Shown here: positions 28,513 to 39,277 of the stretch, piece by piece | Layout: the number at the start of each line of letters is the position of its first letter | Numbering within the stretch: the first letter of the stretch is position 1 | Assembly (NCBI RefSeq): GCF_006345805.1 | Contig: NC_043004.1 | Coordinates: forward strand, 14,198,001 to 14,262,000 | Direction: 5' to 3' | DNA from: Octopus sinensis | Lineage: Eukaryota | Length of the DNA: 64,000 nucleotides | Program-made: the position numbers and the translations under genes | Notes under the pieces: generated by a model | Told to the model about the DNA's origin: nothing | The model's database searches: none | The model's input: the letters and a program-made list of their open reading frames with translations, nothing else

Positions 28513-30139
28513 CAGAGAGGGAGAGAGCGGAGTAGAAAGAGGGAGAGAGGGAGAAAGAAAGGAAGAAGGAGGAGAGGGAGAGAAAGACTGAGACAAAGAA
28601 AATGTGCTTTTCGTTTTGTTATTTGAAAAGACGTATCGCCGGAACACATTATTACTTAAGAGCATTAAAAAAAGAAAAGTAGTGAGGAAACAATTTTCTC
28701 GTTACGGGATGTCGTATTGCTGTAAGTTTTTATGAGGAGTGCATTACTTCTGTAATACGGAGTAGTTCTGTCTTTTGTAGCTACGAACAACAGACATTTA
28801 CATTAGTCCATGACATCATATGGTCTACATCACGTTGAACTCAACATGTCAATTGAAAAACATTTTATTGTCATTTCCTGACTACTTTTTCCAACAGACA
28901 AGCTGAATAATCTTCTTTCACTTTCCTGACCGTTTGTTTAGTTTTGTCTTGTCATTTATATATCACATCCGACTTCTACTCAGCGACTGTTACTAATGTA
29001 TTTTATTCTATAGAAGACGATGTTTATTGTTGATAAGTAATCAAACTTAATCTTAAGGATTAACATATAAGTTATTAGTAAAACTCGTGATAAGAAACTA
29101 AATAATCGAAATATTTAATTCTAAACAGACTTTCCTCATAAGGCTAGTAAATAGTTTCAGGTGTGATATGATCCATGTATAGTCATATTTCTTCATAGTT
29201 TGACAAAATCCTGCTTTAGATGTAAGTTAATGTATATATATATATATTAAAATAAGCAACAGGGTTATCCAGAGGTAATGCAGTACGACCGTTCCATGCA
29301 ACTCCATTTCATTGAACAAAGCAATCATTACATCAATTTGAAATGCAGAGCAATCTTCAGCTGCACAAAGACATAGAATTTAATTAAATTAGAACAGATG
29401 GACACATTAGTATAATTATGCCTAAAATCTTCTAGAAGTTAAGGAGATAGATAAAGAACATGCTACCCATTTCAGTTTAGAAGTTACTGAATATTTTATA
29501 AGATATACATTGTTAGAGACTCTGCCAGACACTGAGTTTTGTTTTTATGGGGTCAGTTTAAAATTATAGACTAGTTTATCAAATCCCTTGTATACCTAAG
29601 GCGGCTGAAGATTGGTCTGCATTGGAATAAAAAAATAAAATATATATATATATGTATGTATAAACAATATCCAACAAATATTCATAAGATATGTGGTTAG
29701 CCGGTTCATCTGCAGGTTGTGATTTATAGGCATGAGAGAATTTTCTCGTCAATGCGTCTAGTTTAAAAACACATAGAAATAAAACTCAAGCGAAACAACG
29801 CACGCCAGGTCCCGTTGCATGCGTGGTAGACATGAATGTTTCATCGTCTCTGTGACTTATCAATTCCACGTTCCCAAAACGAAGTCATGCGTAAGCCAAA
29901 TCGCTCACTATGACTATATTCGAAATGGTGTGAGAACCGTGAACTGGTAGATCCCAACGTTACATACCATGGAAAAATTTCAAATATGAATGAGAAGCGC
30001 CCCGAGGAATATGAACAATATGCTTATATTCCTCATTCATATTTGAGTATATATTTATACATATATATTTAGTATTATATGCATATAAGGGCGTATCTAC
30101 CAATATGCGGAAACCTTTATCCTAGAAGATCCGCTAGGG

Positions 30140-30500
30140 TCTTACCACTAAAAGTTGTTCTCTAGAAAATTTAGCAAACACTAGAAACGCAAGCGAGCAA
30201 GACAAATGAAACGTAACAAAAATATAGATTGATTATAAACAAATGTTTCACTATCAACGAATTACGTAATTTTACTTACATAATTTTATCTGTAGATCTT
30301 CAGTATTATCGTCTATACAAATATAATTTGCCGAACTACAAACCAGACATCAACACGAGGTCGAAAATGTATGCAGTTCTATCTATTACACTTGTGGTTA
30401 TTTTTTTTTAAATGTCTTCGTTTTGGCGCGCTAAATTACCGGAAACAATACTGCATAAAATAATTCACTGCAGTAGCCTTTGCCGGTTTCAGAACGTATT
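30140..30500. promoter_or_regulatory. Candidate housekeeping-type promoter / first-exon region
   Basis: gaactacaaaccagacatc (30333, ZNF143/SBS-like), ttttggcgcgc (30421, E2F-like), ccggaaa (30439, ETS-like), raised CpG, and a minus-strand donor-like tagtg|gtaaga at about 30143-30148. Confidence 0.35.
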
Positions 30501-30689
30501 AATTTTAAAATAAATTTAAAATGAGTGTGAAAAATTGGATATTAATTTACTGAACCTCAGTTTTTTATATGCTAGACCACTGGTCTTAAAATTGATGTTA
30601 TCCCATTAATATCCAATTATTCACCCTCATTTTAATTATATATATATAATACATGTATATATATAGTCAACATATATATTGACTATATA

Positions 30690-30895
30690 TATATAGTAAA
30701 TTCAAATATGAAGTGCATTAAAAAGAACGTGTAAATTTAACGGGCAACAAGAGGAGGTGCACAAGAAATGTAATAGCTTGTAACTCGGTGAAAAGAGAGA
30801 GAGCTTGATGTTTCGAGTATGACTCTTCGTGGGAAAGGAAAAAAGGGAAAAGTCCAAAGAAGGAATAGAAATCACCAACAGCACGTGCGTTTACA
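30690..30895 (-). mobile_element. Penelope-like terminal-repeat remnant with degenerate hammerhead-like motif
   Basis: Minus strand ccttt-cccacga-a-gag-tcata-ctc-gaaa-ca-tc-aagc..ccgagttacaagctattacatttc parallels the 6517 and 42227 motif. Confidence 0.5.
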
Positions 30896-31199
30896 GGTGA
30901 TTATAAATCAAGATCTAAGTGTAAGAAGTTTGTATCTTTAGGTATAAAAACAACTTTGCGGAAGAATAATAATTTATGGGTGTCTAATGATGTAGGCTTT
31001 TCGAATATCGATAAGCTGAAGTTCGATATCGAATTTTGATAAACTGAAAATAATTTTTAGTAGTTCACTGCTAGCAATTTGAGTTCTTATGAACGCAAAT
31101 AAAAATTCAAATTGCTGTAGTGGAGTAGTTAAGATCCAGGCTACATATATTTCTTACATAGGAGATCCTCTGACGTAATAGTTACTCAAATAGGCGTCC

Positions 31200-31640
31200 T
31201 AAACCAGCTACACATTAGACCGAAGATACCTTAATTATATTATTACTACCCAGAGTTCATCACCAAGAATGTTTTGAGAGCGGACATCGCCTTGTGGTTG
31301 GCGCACGGTGCCAAAATGGTTTCATTGAGTTGTCAGTACCATAAGGAAGCCGCATAGCAGAGCAGCACATTTTTAAGATGAGCAAACATGATGAGCTGGC
31401 AAAACAGTTAGGGAGTGAGGGTTACCACTTTACTGTAAAAACAGTTGAATTTGGACCGTGAGGATTCGTGACTGCATCATCCTGCCGGCTACATGGACAA
31501 TTGGGTATCAAAGCCACAGAAGAACTACCACAATTAAATGCTTGTCTGATATTGCTGAAAAGATCCCAACGTAGATATGGTTGAAAAGAAATGACCAATG
31601 GACCTAGTTATGGATTCCACTGGTTATTTACAAGAATAGA
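31200..31640 (+). mobile_element. HERO/NeSL/R2-type RLE endonuclease C-terminal remnant
   Basis: LRADIALW.., aaacatgatgagctgg (KHDEL), GYHFTVKTVEFGP*GFVTASS..LLGQLG..IKCLSDIAE..WLKRNDQW resembles RPDIVLW..KYxEL..GY..AVEVGxRGFV..WIWxKR. Confidence 0.65.
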
Positions 31641-32001
31641 AGGAAGAAAGAAACTAGTTCCTCCGTCGGTCAGAGTGGCCTGATGGGCTGAAACGTAGAC
31701 CTGGGAACAATAGATCTACCTAGGTACAAATCCTGCTGGAGACAGGATTTTGAAAAGCAGCAAGGGGGCACCTAGAAGTCATGACTTGGGAGAGTCCGGC
31801 TCCCGTACAGTTTCAGATATACAGGTCGAAAAACTTGTCGGATGGGAGTACTTGCTCTGAAAAACTCTTCTGTTGTGAGGTGCTTCTGTTATTCCTGAAA
31901 TTTACATTGTCCTTTGAGAATCCCAAATTTACTCCCTGAAAAATGTGTGTGTATATATATATATGCTTTCGGTGAGAATGATTTTTTATACGGTGCCGAG
32001 T

Positions 32002-32203
32002 ATGGTACTTTTTTATAAGCTTAAAGTTTATGGCGATCACCGTGCAATGATTGAGGAAAATAGTCTAATAGAGGGGCATATAAGCCCTCGAAAGAAAAAA
32101 GAAGGCTTTCCTATCCGCGTGAGAGCCGAACCAACATCCGTTTGTTAACTATTTTCTTTATTCATTGCACGGTGATCGCTATAAGCTTATATAAAAATAC
32201 CAT
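32002..32203. repeat. Imperfect inverted repeat (~60 bp arms) between TA runs
   Basis: atggtactttttt ataagctt..ggcgatcaccgtgcaatgattgaggaaaatagt versus actattttctttattcattgcacggtgatcgctataagctt..aaaaataccat. Confidence 0.8.
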
Positions 32204-32224
32204 TGTATATATATAACTTAGATT

Positions 32225-32630
32225 GGTTTCAGCCATGACTAACTTAATAGCACCATCTGGAAAAGTCTTTTAGTTAATTACTTTGGGACACCATGGACCA
32301 CTCAGCAGAGATAATTTGTTGGTTGAGATATATCCAGGTGTAGGTGGGTTATCCGGTATTTCCTGGAGGAATGTGTCCAGGTACCGTTTGGAAGTTGTGG
32401 GGTCTTTTTCTACTTTAATTTCTTTCGGGATAACACTGAAAAGAGTAGGACCATTTGCAGTGAAGAAATTGTGTCGCAAAGCGCTTATGCGATGTAATCT
32501 GAACCTTTGCAGGGGACGCATTGCACGGGGACGTAGTCTTGGATGAATTGTAAATTTAATACGGATATCATTTGGAAAATATTGGTGGAATATTTTCCGC
32601 ATGATGCAAATAATGTATCGCTTACAGCGG
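32225..32630 (-). mobile_element. CR1-clade LINE 3' end
   Basis: LRHNFFTANGPTLFSVIPKEIKVEKDPTTSKRYLDTFLQEIPDNPPTPGYISTNKLSLL matches the CR1 C-terminus (NFFTxxGPxLFNxxPKEI..FKxxLDxFLxxIPDxP). Confidence 0.85.
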
Positions 32631-32631
32631 C

Positions 32632-32852
32632 ATTGCAGAGAGTAGAGTCTCAGCTGTTTATGTCGAGCTTAATACTCAAGTCCCATTATGCCATTTTTTG
32701 TTTTTAGTGATTGATCTTTATATATATATATACGTGCAAGGTATAATAAGGATCGAAGCGCCACAAAGATCAATCACTAAAAACAAAAAATGGCATAACG
32801 GGATTTGACTATTAAGCTCGACATAAACAGCTGAGACTCTACTCTCTGCAAT
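32632..32852. repeat. Fold-back palindrome, 88 bp arms, 45 nt loop
   Basis: 32632-32719 is the reverse complement of 32765-32852 with 3 differences. (TA)n in the loop and on the right flank. Confidence 0.95.
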
Positions 32853-32861
32853 ATATATATA

Positions 32862-32927
<66 letters not shown>

Positions 32928-33579
32928 ATGTGTGTATGTGTGTGTGTATACATATATCGAGTGGGAGTAGTTATCTGTAGCTTACAACAATGAGAAACAA
33001 TGAGATAAGGTATAAAAAATATAACAATAGACGCTTTATTGTTTGGGTTTTAATGCTAAAACCGTACTGGGAAATTAAATGAGATGAGAGAGAAAGATAT
33101 ATCGAAAGTTAGAGTGACAGATATACGGATAGAGCGATAGATTAGATGAACAGAGAAAGACATTCAGAAACACTGAAAAATAGATAGATACGAGATATAC
33201 ATTGGTAAATAGATAGACCGATTGATATGTAAATAGATTGATAGATAGAAAGATAGATACGTAAATAGGTTGATAGAGGTGAAGAGACTTATAGAAAAGG
33301 AAGTAAATAAGATGATAGGTGGTTTAATGCATAGATTGAGCATAGTCCACATAATAGTAATTTAAAATTTAGGCAATTAAGAATAAATATCATCTTCTAA
33401 CTGGATAAATTGTTAATGATATATTGAAAGCTCCTACAAGTTGAAAATCCATTATGAAATATAATGGCTGTTTATTTTGTCTTCGATTATTTGACAAAAT
33501 GGGTATTCGGATAATGGTAATGTTCGGAGATATATTTCCGTGTGTTCAGATCACTTCGCAGCTTGAGGTATATTTTTCC

Positions 33580-33973
33580 TGGTTCTCTTTTACTTGTTTC
33601 AGGCATTTGACTGCAGCCATGCTGGAGCACCGCCTTTAGTCAAGCAAATCGACCCCAGGATTTATTCTTTGTAAGCCTAGCACTTATTCTATCAGTCTCT
33701 TTTGCCGAACCTCTAATTTACTGGGACGTAGACACACCAGCATCTGTCGTCAAGCGATGTTGCGGGGACAAACATAAACACACAAACACACAAACACATA
33801 CACACATATATATATACATATACATATATACGACGGGCTTCTTTCAGGTTCCGTCTACCGAATCCACTCACGAGGATAGTAGAAGACACTTTCCCAAGGT
33901 GCCACGCCGTGGGACTGAACCCGGAACGATGTGGTTGGTAAGCAAGCTACTTATCACACAGCCACTCCTGCGC
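33580..33973 (-). mobile_element. tRNA-derived SINE (octopus-type), full length with small internal deletion
   Basis: Reverse complement of the 5430 family: cacacagccactcctgcgc head, gacgggcttctttcag core, gcaaatcgaccccagga tail. Confidence 0.9.
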
Positions 33974-34107
33974 ATTCTTTATTTTATTTCAATGAATTGA
34001 AGTTTGGCGATCCTGATGTTTATGGCATAAGTGTATTCCATTAAAACCTATGTTAATATGATTTCTTCATGTTTTGGTATAAATACAATGGGTGATGGGC
34101 ATAAATA

Positions 34108-34330
34108 CAAAGCGGGCTGCTAAAAAATTCTGGCTTTGAATAAAAGAAAATACAGGTGGATCAGTCCATTATAATTTCATCCAACATATTCCCCTCTCAG
34201 ATTCACACACTAATTGCAGTGATCATTCAGTGTTTTAGGCCCTATAAGAGAACTTGGAAAGTTGGGACTCCAAGCCTCTCGTGATACTCTTAAAGCTAGG
34301 AACAGTCCAGTACCCCATCGCAAAAAAGTG
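34108..34330 (-). mobile_element. Mariner-derived MITE fragment
   Basis: Reverse complement matches 47600-47707 (gtgaatctgagagg.gaatatgt..caaagccag.a.ttt.tcagcaccc). Confidence 0.7.
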
Positions 34331-34475
34331 TTCTTATTATGCTATTCAGTGTATGTAGTTACATAAACTATATACGGTATATTTCGTTTCCTATTCATGC
34401 GCTTTTGAGAATTAACGTTGTTCATAATATATATTCTTGGGGGTGCGCAGCTGACTTATTGCTTCGTAGTCATCT

Positions 34476-34502
34476 TTATCTATCTATCCCTCCCTCTCCC
34501 TT

Positions 34503-34551
<49 letters not shown>

Positions 34552-34596
34552 ATATATCTATATATCTATCTATATATCTATCTATCTATCTGTCTG

Positions 34597-34649
<53 letters not shown>

Positions 34650-34720
34650 ATATATATATATCTTTCTATCTGTCTGTCTATCTCTCTATCTATCTATATG
34701 TCTATATCTCTATCTATATG

Positions 34721-34792
<72 letters not shown>

Positions 34793-34800
34793 CTTATCTT
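34476..34800. repeat. Compound (TC)/(TATC)/(TA) microsatellite
   Basis: Simple repeat tract. Confidence 0.97.
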
Positions 34801-37486
34801 TATCCCTATCCGTTGAAGTATCTATCAATCTCCGTCACCTGATCCGTCTTTACAGTTAAACGTTAAAATCTAAACCAACAAGACGATAAATGTTTTCTTT
34901 TATGATACTTTTATTTCTGGTCGTTTTCTTGATTGTCTTCTGTCAGTGTTGGAAACCATATATAAGTGAAAGGATTCACTATCCACAGCAACTGTACACT
35001 ATATATTTCATTATTGCTAATCCCCGAGGGACCCTGAGTAAGAACCGCACCAAAATGAAACAATTTAATGCATACACAAATATTTTACATTTATGAACAT
35101 ACTCAACTGGTTGATTAGCAATGACCTCCTTTCTGGCTCACTGTAGCAGCTGAATGGCATGCAATAACATCTCAATACCCATTCTATCGTTAATATCACA
35201 GATTATGGTGGTCCTAACTATTTAACAGTTAAGACCAAGCCAGAGCTGATACATATATTTTCCTTCCTGTTAACATCATAGCGTATCATATCTACCAATT
35301 CCAACATTAAAAATATCTTTACAAAATAGCCTTTCCAAAATCTCCAACCATATATAATCCATCTCCATCCATGTGTTCCAGGAGACATCAATGGATAGAC
35401 GTTGGATGTAACTATAAGCTACAAGAACTAACAACAACAAAATCAGGTTCAGCAATGATAAGGTCTAAACTAGCCATGGGCCTTATTCTCTTACATTGAT
35501 TGATTAATAAAAAGCAAAAATGCGCTTATATTTACAGACCTGTTTCACTTTTTCTATATCACAATCTGCTGGCACTATTCTTATGTAGTTAGAATAATCT
35601 CAGATACAAATCTTCCTTCTACAGGCATTGCATCTGAATGTCACCTGTGTCACTCTCACCATCCTTTCCCATTAAATAATAAAAGGAGCCTGGTTTGTGC
35701 ATTATGTATGACTAGCTAATCTAACCTAGCAACTTCCTATGATTTCTATAGATTCACAAATATTCGTGCGCAGAAACTGTTTTGTATAGAATAAACAACT
35801 AGATTTCAAAAGTAGCTTGGCATTTTGGATGCATGTTCGTATATTTGGTAAAGGATATTCAATATGAAAAGAAATCACAGATTGTAAGCCTCAATTGTAT
35901 AGAATATGATGTTTTACCAGTGTCAAAGTGTGGTGGGTAAATATACATATTTGTAGTTTCTGTACTTGGAGACGTGAATGCTAATGACTATATGATTCAA
36001 CAAGTTCTGACTGCATCAGACAATATACACTGGTGCACATTACTCTCTCATCTCTATAGTATGTTTAACTATGTGTTATATAATATATTTTTGCATTAAA
36101 TATGACAGAAGAAAGCTAATGTACTCGTACGGAGAAACGTACACTGAATAATCAGTTTCCAAAAGAATCCACAGCTTCTGAATACGTGTCATGGCTTACT
36201 GAATTAGCTAGTAGTGCTCTTGCTAACTCTCTTATTTTCTTATGATCTTACGATAACATTCACGCATGTTCTTAAACACGTTCATTAACTTAATACGTCA
36301 CAAGAACAATGCTTCCACAGATACACACTGAGATATCGAAACATATATTTCTGTGTTTCTATTCAAAGTTGATCTCACATGATCTTTGCATTTCTAGTTG
36401 CTTCTGTTTACAGTCGGACGTGTTATGCTGAATGAAGGCAGTGTTTATACACTTGTTTGAAAGTTCTGCTAACATAACACCAATCTTTTGGAGTTGCTGG
36501 AATCAATTTCTATTGATAGGAGAATAGACTGAATTTAAAACCATGCGTTGCTTATTGAATGATCTTGACAGCTCAGTGGATCGATAACATACAATTCTAA
36601 ATATAGATGTACTTTCGATTGCACGAATCAAATCCATTCATTAATGCTATTGCTAACGAAGCTGGAAACATACCATAACAACTTCATTCACTAACAAATA
36701 TAAGAAACCAATTTAGAAAGTAGCCAGCCTTTCGAATCTGTTACTTATCACTAAATGAAGGCTAAATACTAAATCAATACCAGTAAGAATATATTTTTTA
36801 AAACAATTTTTCTTTCTTTTTTCCCTTGTAAGTTAAGTCGGAATTTTGGCAAAAGTTCTGGCAAATTTTTTGGTAAGAAGCATTTCATTTCAGAACATGT
36901 ATCCATATTAACCTGAAGGAGTGGGAAGCTGTTGTGCCAACTATTTATATTTTATACGGATTGGTCTGTTGAAATAGCATTGATATGATCTTTCATTGCT
37001 ACTAAATCGAGAAGACAACATAATTCTAGAATGAAATACGATATTTGACGAAATAAATAAATTCATCCTTCATCTTAGGATTAATGAGAACTATAAAGTA
37101 GCAGAGAAGACAATGCACCAGAATAATTGCATTAAAACATTCGGTTTTCTATGTTATCATTTTAATTCCCTCTGGCGTTGCTTTGCGTTTCATGCTTCCG
37201 GCTTTGTGTGTAACAACAATGAATACACTGAGTAAATATGCTCAATCTAATCGACTTATATCCACGTCCAACTAATTTGTGACTTTAGGCAGGAGCAAGT
37301 AATTCATGGAATATAGGTTAACAAATTTGAATTTACAAATCAGCGACTGTCAGACATCCATTTAGTTTCCTTGACTATCTACAATATATATATATATATA
37401 CATCTAATATAGGATAAAATTTTTCGAAAAAAAATCTATCAATGGCCAGCATATTAAAAAATACCTTTAAAGGTTAAATCTATAAA

Positions 37487-38022
37487 CAACTTATAAACAA
37501 AGGCAAAAGAAAAAATTCTAATGCCAAATATGCCGAAAATAGACAAAACGTCAATAACCATATAATTTATCACTATAAACACGCGTCTCGAAGTAAGCGG
37601 ACAGGAATTTCTATAAAAAATCCCGTTATTATCGTATCGGTCCCAATTTCAGAGTTAATTCATAAGAATTTTTGCTCCTCGTCAGCGATAAATACGGTAA
37701 GAAATAAATGAAATACTTACTTATACCCATGGAAGAAGCAAACACTAAGTCATGAGCACACCTAAGTTTGCTTCTTCCATGGTATAAGTAAGTATTACAT
37801 TTATGTCTTACCGTATTTATCGCTGACGAGGAGCAAAAACTTTTATGAATTAACTCTGAAATTGGGACCGATACGATAATAACGGAATTTTTTTAGAAAT
37901 TTCCGTCGGCTTACTTCGAGACGCGTGCTTATAGTGATAAATTAAATGGTTTCTTGACGATTTGTCTATTTTCGGCATATTTGGCATTAGAATTTATTTC
38001 TTTTGCCCTTGTTTATAAGTTG
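37487..38022. repeat. Long fold-back palindrome, ~257 bp arms, 22 nt loop
   Basis: 37487-37743 versus 37766-38022 are reverse complements with scattered substitutions and small indels. The right arm ends at (TA)n. Confidence 0.95.
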
Positions 38023-38047
38023 TATATATATATATATATATATATAT

Positions 38048-38263
38048 AACAAAGTATTAAGGAACGACCCTGACAGGTCTTTCAACTCACTTGAAAAGAG
38101 CAGCCAAACTCAAACCGCAAAAATAGTAGTAATTCTGAAAGCTAAAGGAGAAATAAAAACATCCTTTAGCTTTCAGAATTACTACTATTTTTGTGGTTTG
38201 AGTTTAGCTGCTCTTTTCAAGTGAGTTGAAAGACCTGTCAGGGTCGTTCCTTAATACTTTGTT
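38048..38263. repeat. Fold-back palindrome, 102 bp arms, 12 nt loop
   Basis: 38048-38149 versus 38162-38263 differ at 2 positions. It starts immediately after the same (TA)n. Confidence 0.95.
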
Positions 38264-38367
38264 GAATATATTATATAGTGTGTGACTATTTCTATTTTCT
38301 CACTTGACCGCTGGTTGCAGAAAATTTTTCTTGAATTTTTCTTGAATTTTTTTGCCACCCTATATTG

Positions 38368-38433
<66 letters not shown>

Positions 38434-38789
38434 TACTTCTCGCATTGACTCTTTTCGAGCAAAGAAATATGAAAGTACACTTAAGTATAATCCACAAAAA
38501 CAGACCAGTCATTGTGATGATTAGAGTATAGTTTCCCAGGTTGCTAGTGACTGTTAAGTCAACTTTTTATAAGTATATGTTTCGAAAAATATCTTCCATT
38601 ACATATGACGCAAAGAAAGCGACAACTAAGAATGTCATGTTACAGTTTCCTCCGAAAACCGTGTAATACAGAGTGGTTGCCGAATCCGATCAAGCAAGCA
38701 CAGCATAAGATTTATGTTCCGTTCCAAAATAATCATCGTTATTAACTCCGCGTGATACACTTTCGATTGAACAAAGATGTGGTCCTTCG

Positions 38790-39195
38790 GGATTTTACAC
38801 AACGATTGGCCCTCTATTCCCGATACAATAGAAATAACTGTTGTCCTCAGCTACCATACGGTCCCGGCAACTGATAAAACCTCTCCTACCCTTTCTTCTG
38901 GACAAGTATAAGCTATCGGTGTCACTCTTAGAGTGGAAGGCTCCGTGTACTGTCAATTTTTTTCTGGTCTTGGTATTCATTTTCTTAATTTCTCTCTTTT
39001 GCCATTTTATAATTCTTACTCCATACCAAAGCGATGCTATCGTCTACGCATTAACTACTTGGATTTCATTCCATCCAGTCAATTTTGAGCCTAACTTTCA
39101 GGAAATGCTCCACTCTCAGTTGGTCTTTCATTTCATTTTCCGTTATCTCGTTGAACTCTGATACACCAAGGTACTTGTATCCTTCCGTTTCAATT
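38790..39195 (-). mobile_element. R4/Dong-clade fragment (post-RT region)
   Basis: GYKYLGVSEFNEI..KLRKMNTKTRKKLTVHGAFHSKSDTDSLYLSRRKGRRGFIS (LYLxRxxGGRGL motif). The 5' junction is the (AAT)n run. Confidence 0.8.
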
Positions 39196-39204
39196 TGTTT
39201 ATTA

Positions 39205-39234
39205 TTATTATCATCATCATCATTATTATTATTA

Positions 39235-39277
<43 letters not shown>
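39205..39277. repeat. (ATT)n microsatellite
   Basis: Lies between two R4-type fragments. Confidence 0.97.

Noticed and set aside
31676-31705. ctgatgggctgaaacgta in the 3' region of the HERO-like remnant
   Set aside because: Resembles a hammerhead core but has no helix II and no adjacent helix I.
35614-35720. Candidate plus-strand exon encoding CHLCHSHH..VCALC
   Set aside because: Good acceptor, but the frame ends in a stop soon after, with no clear donor or known domain.
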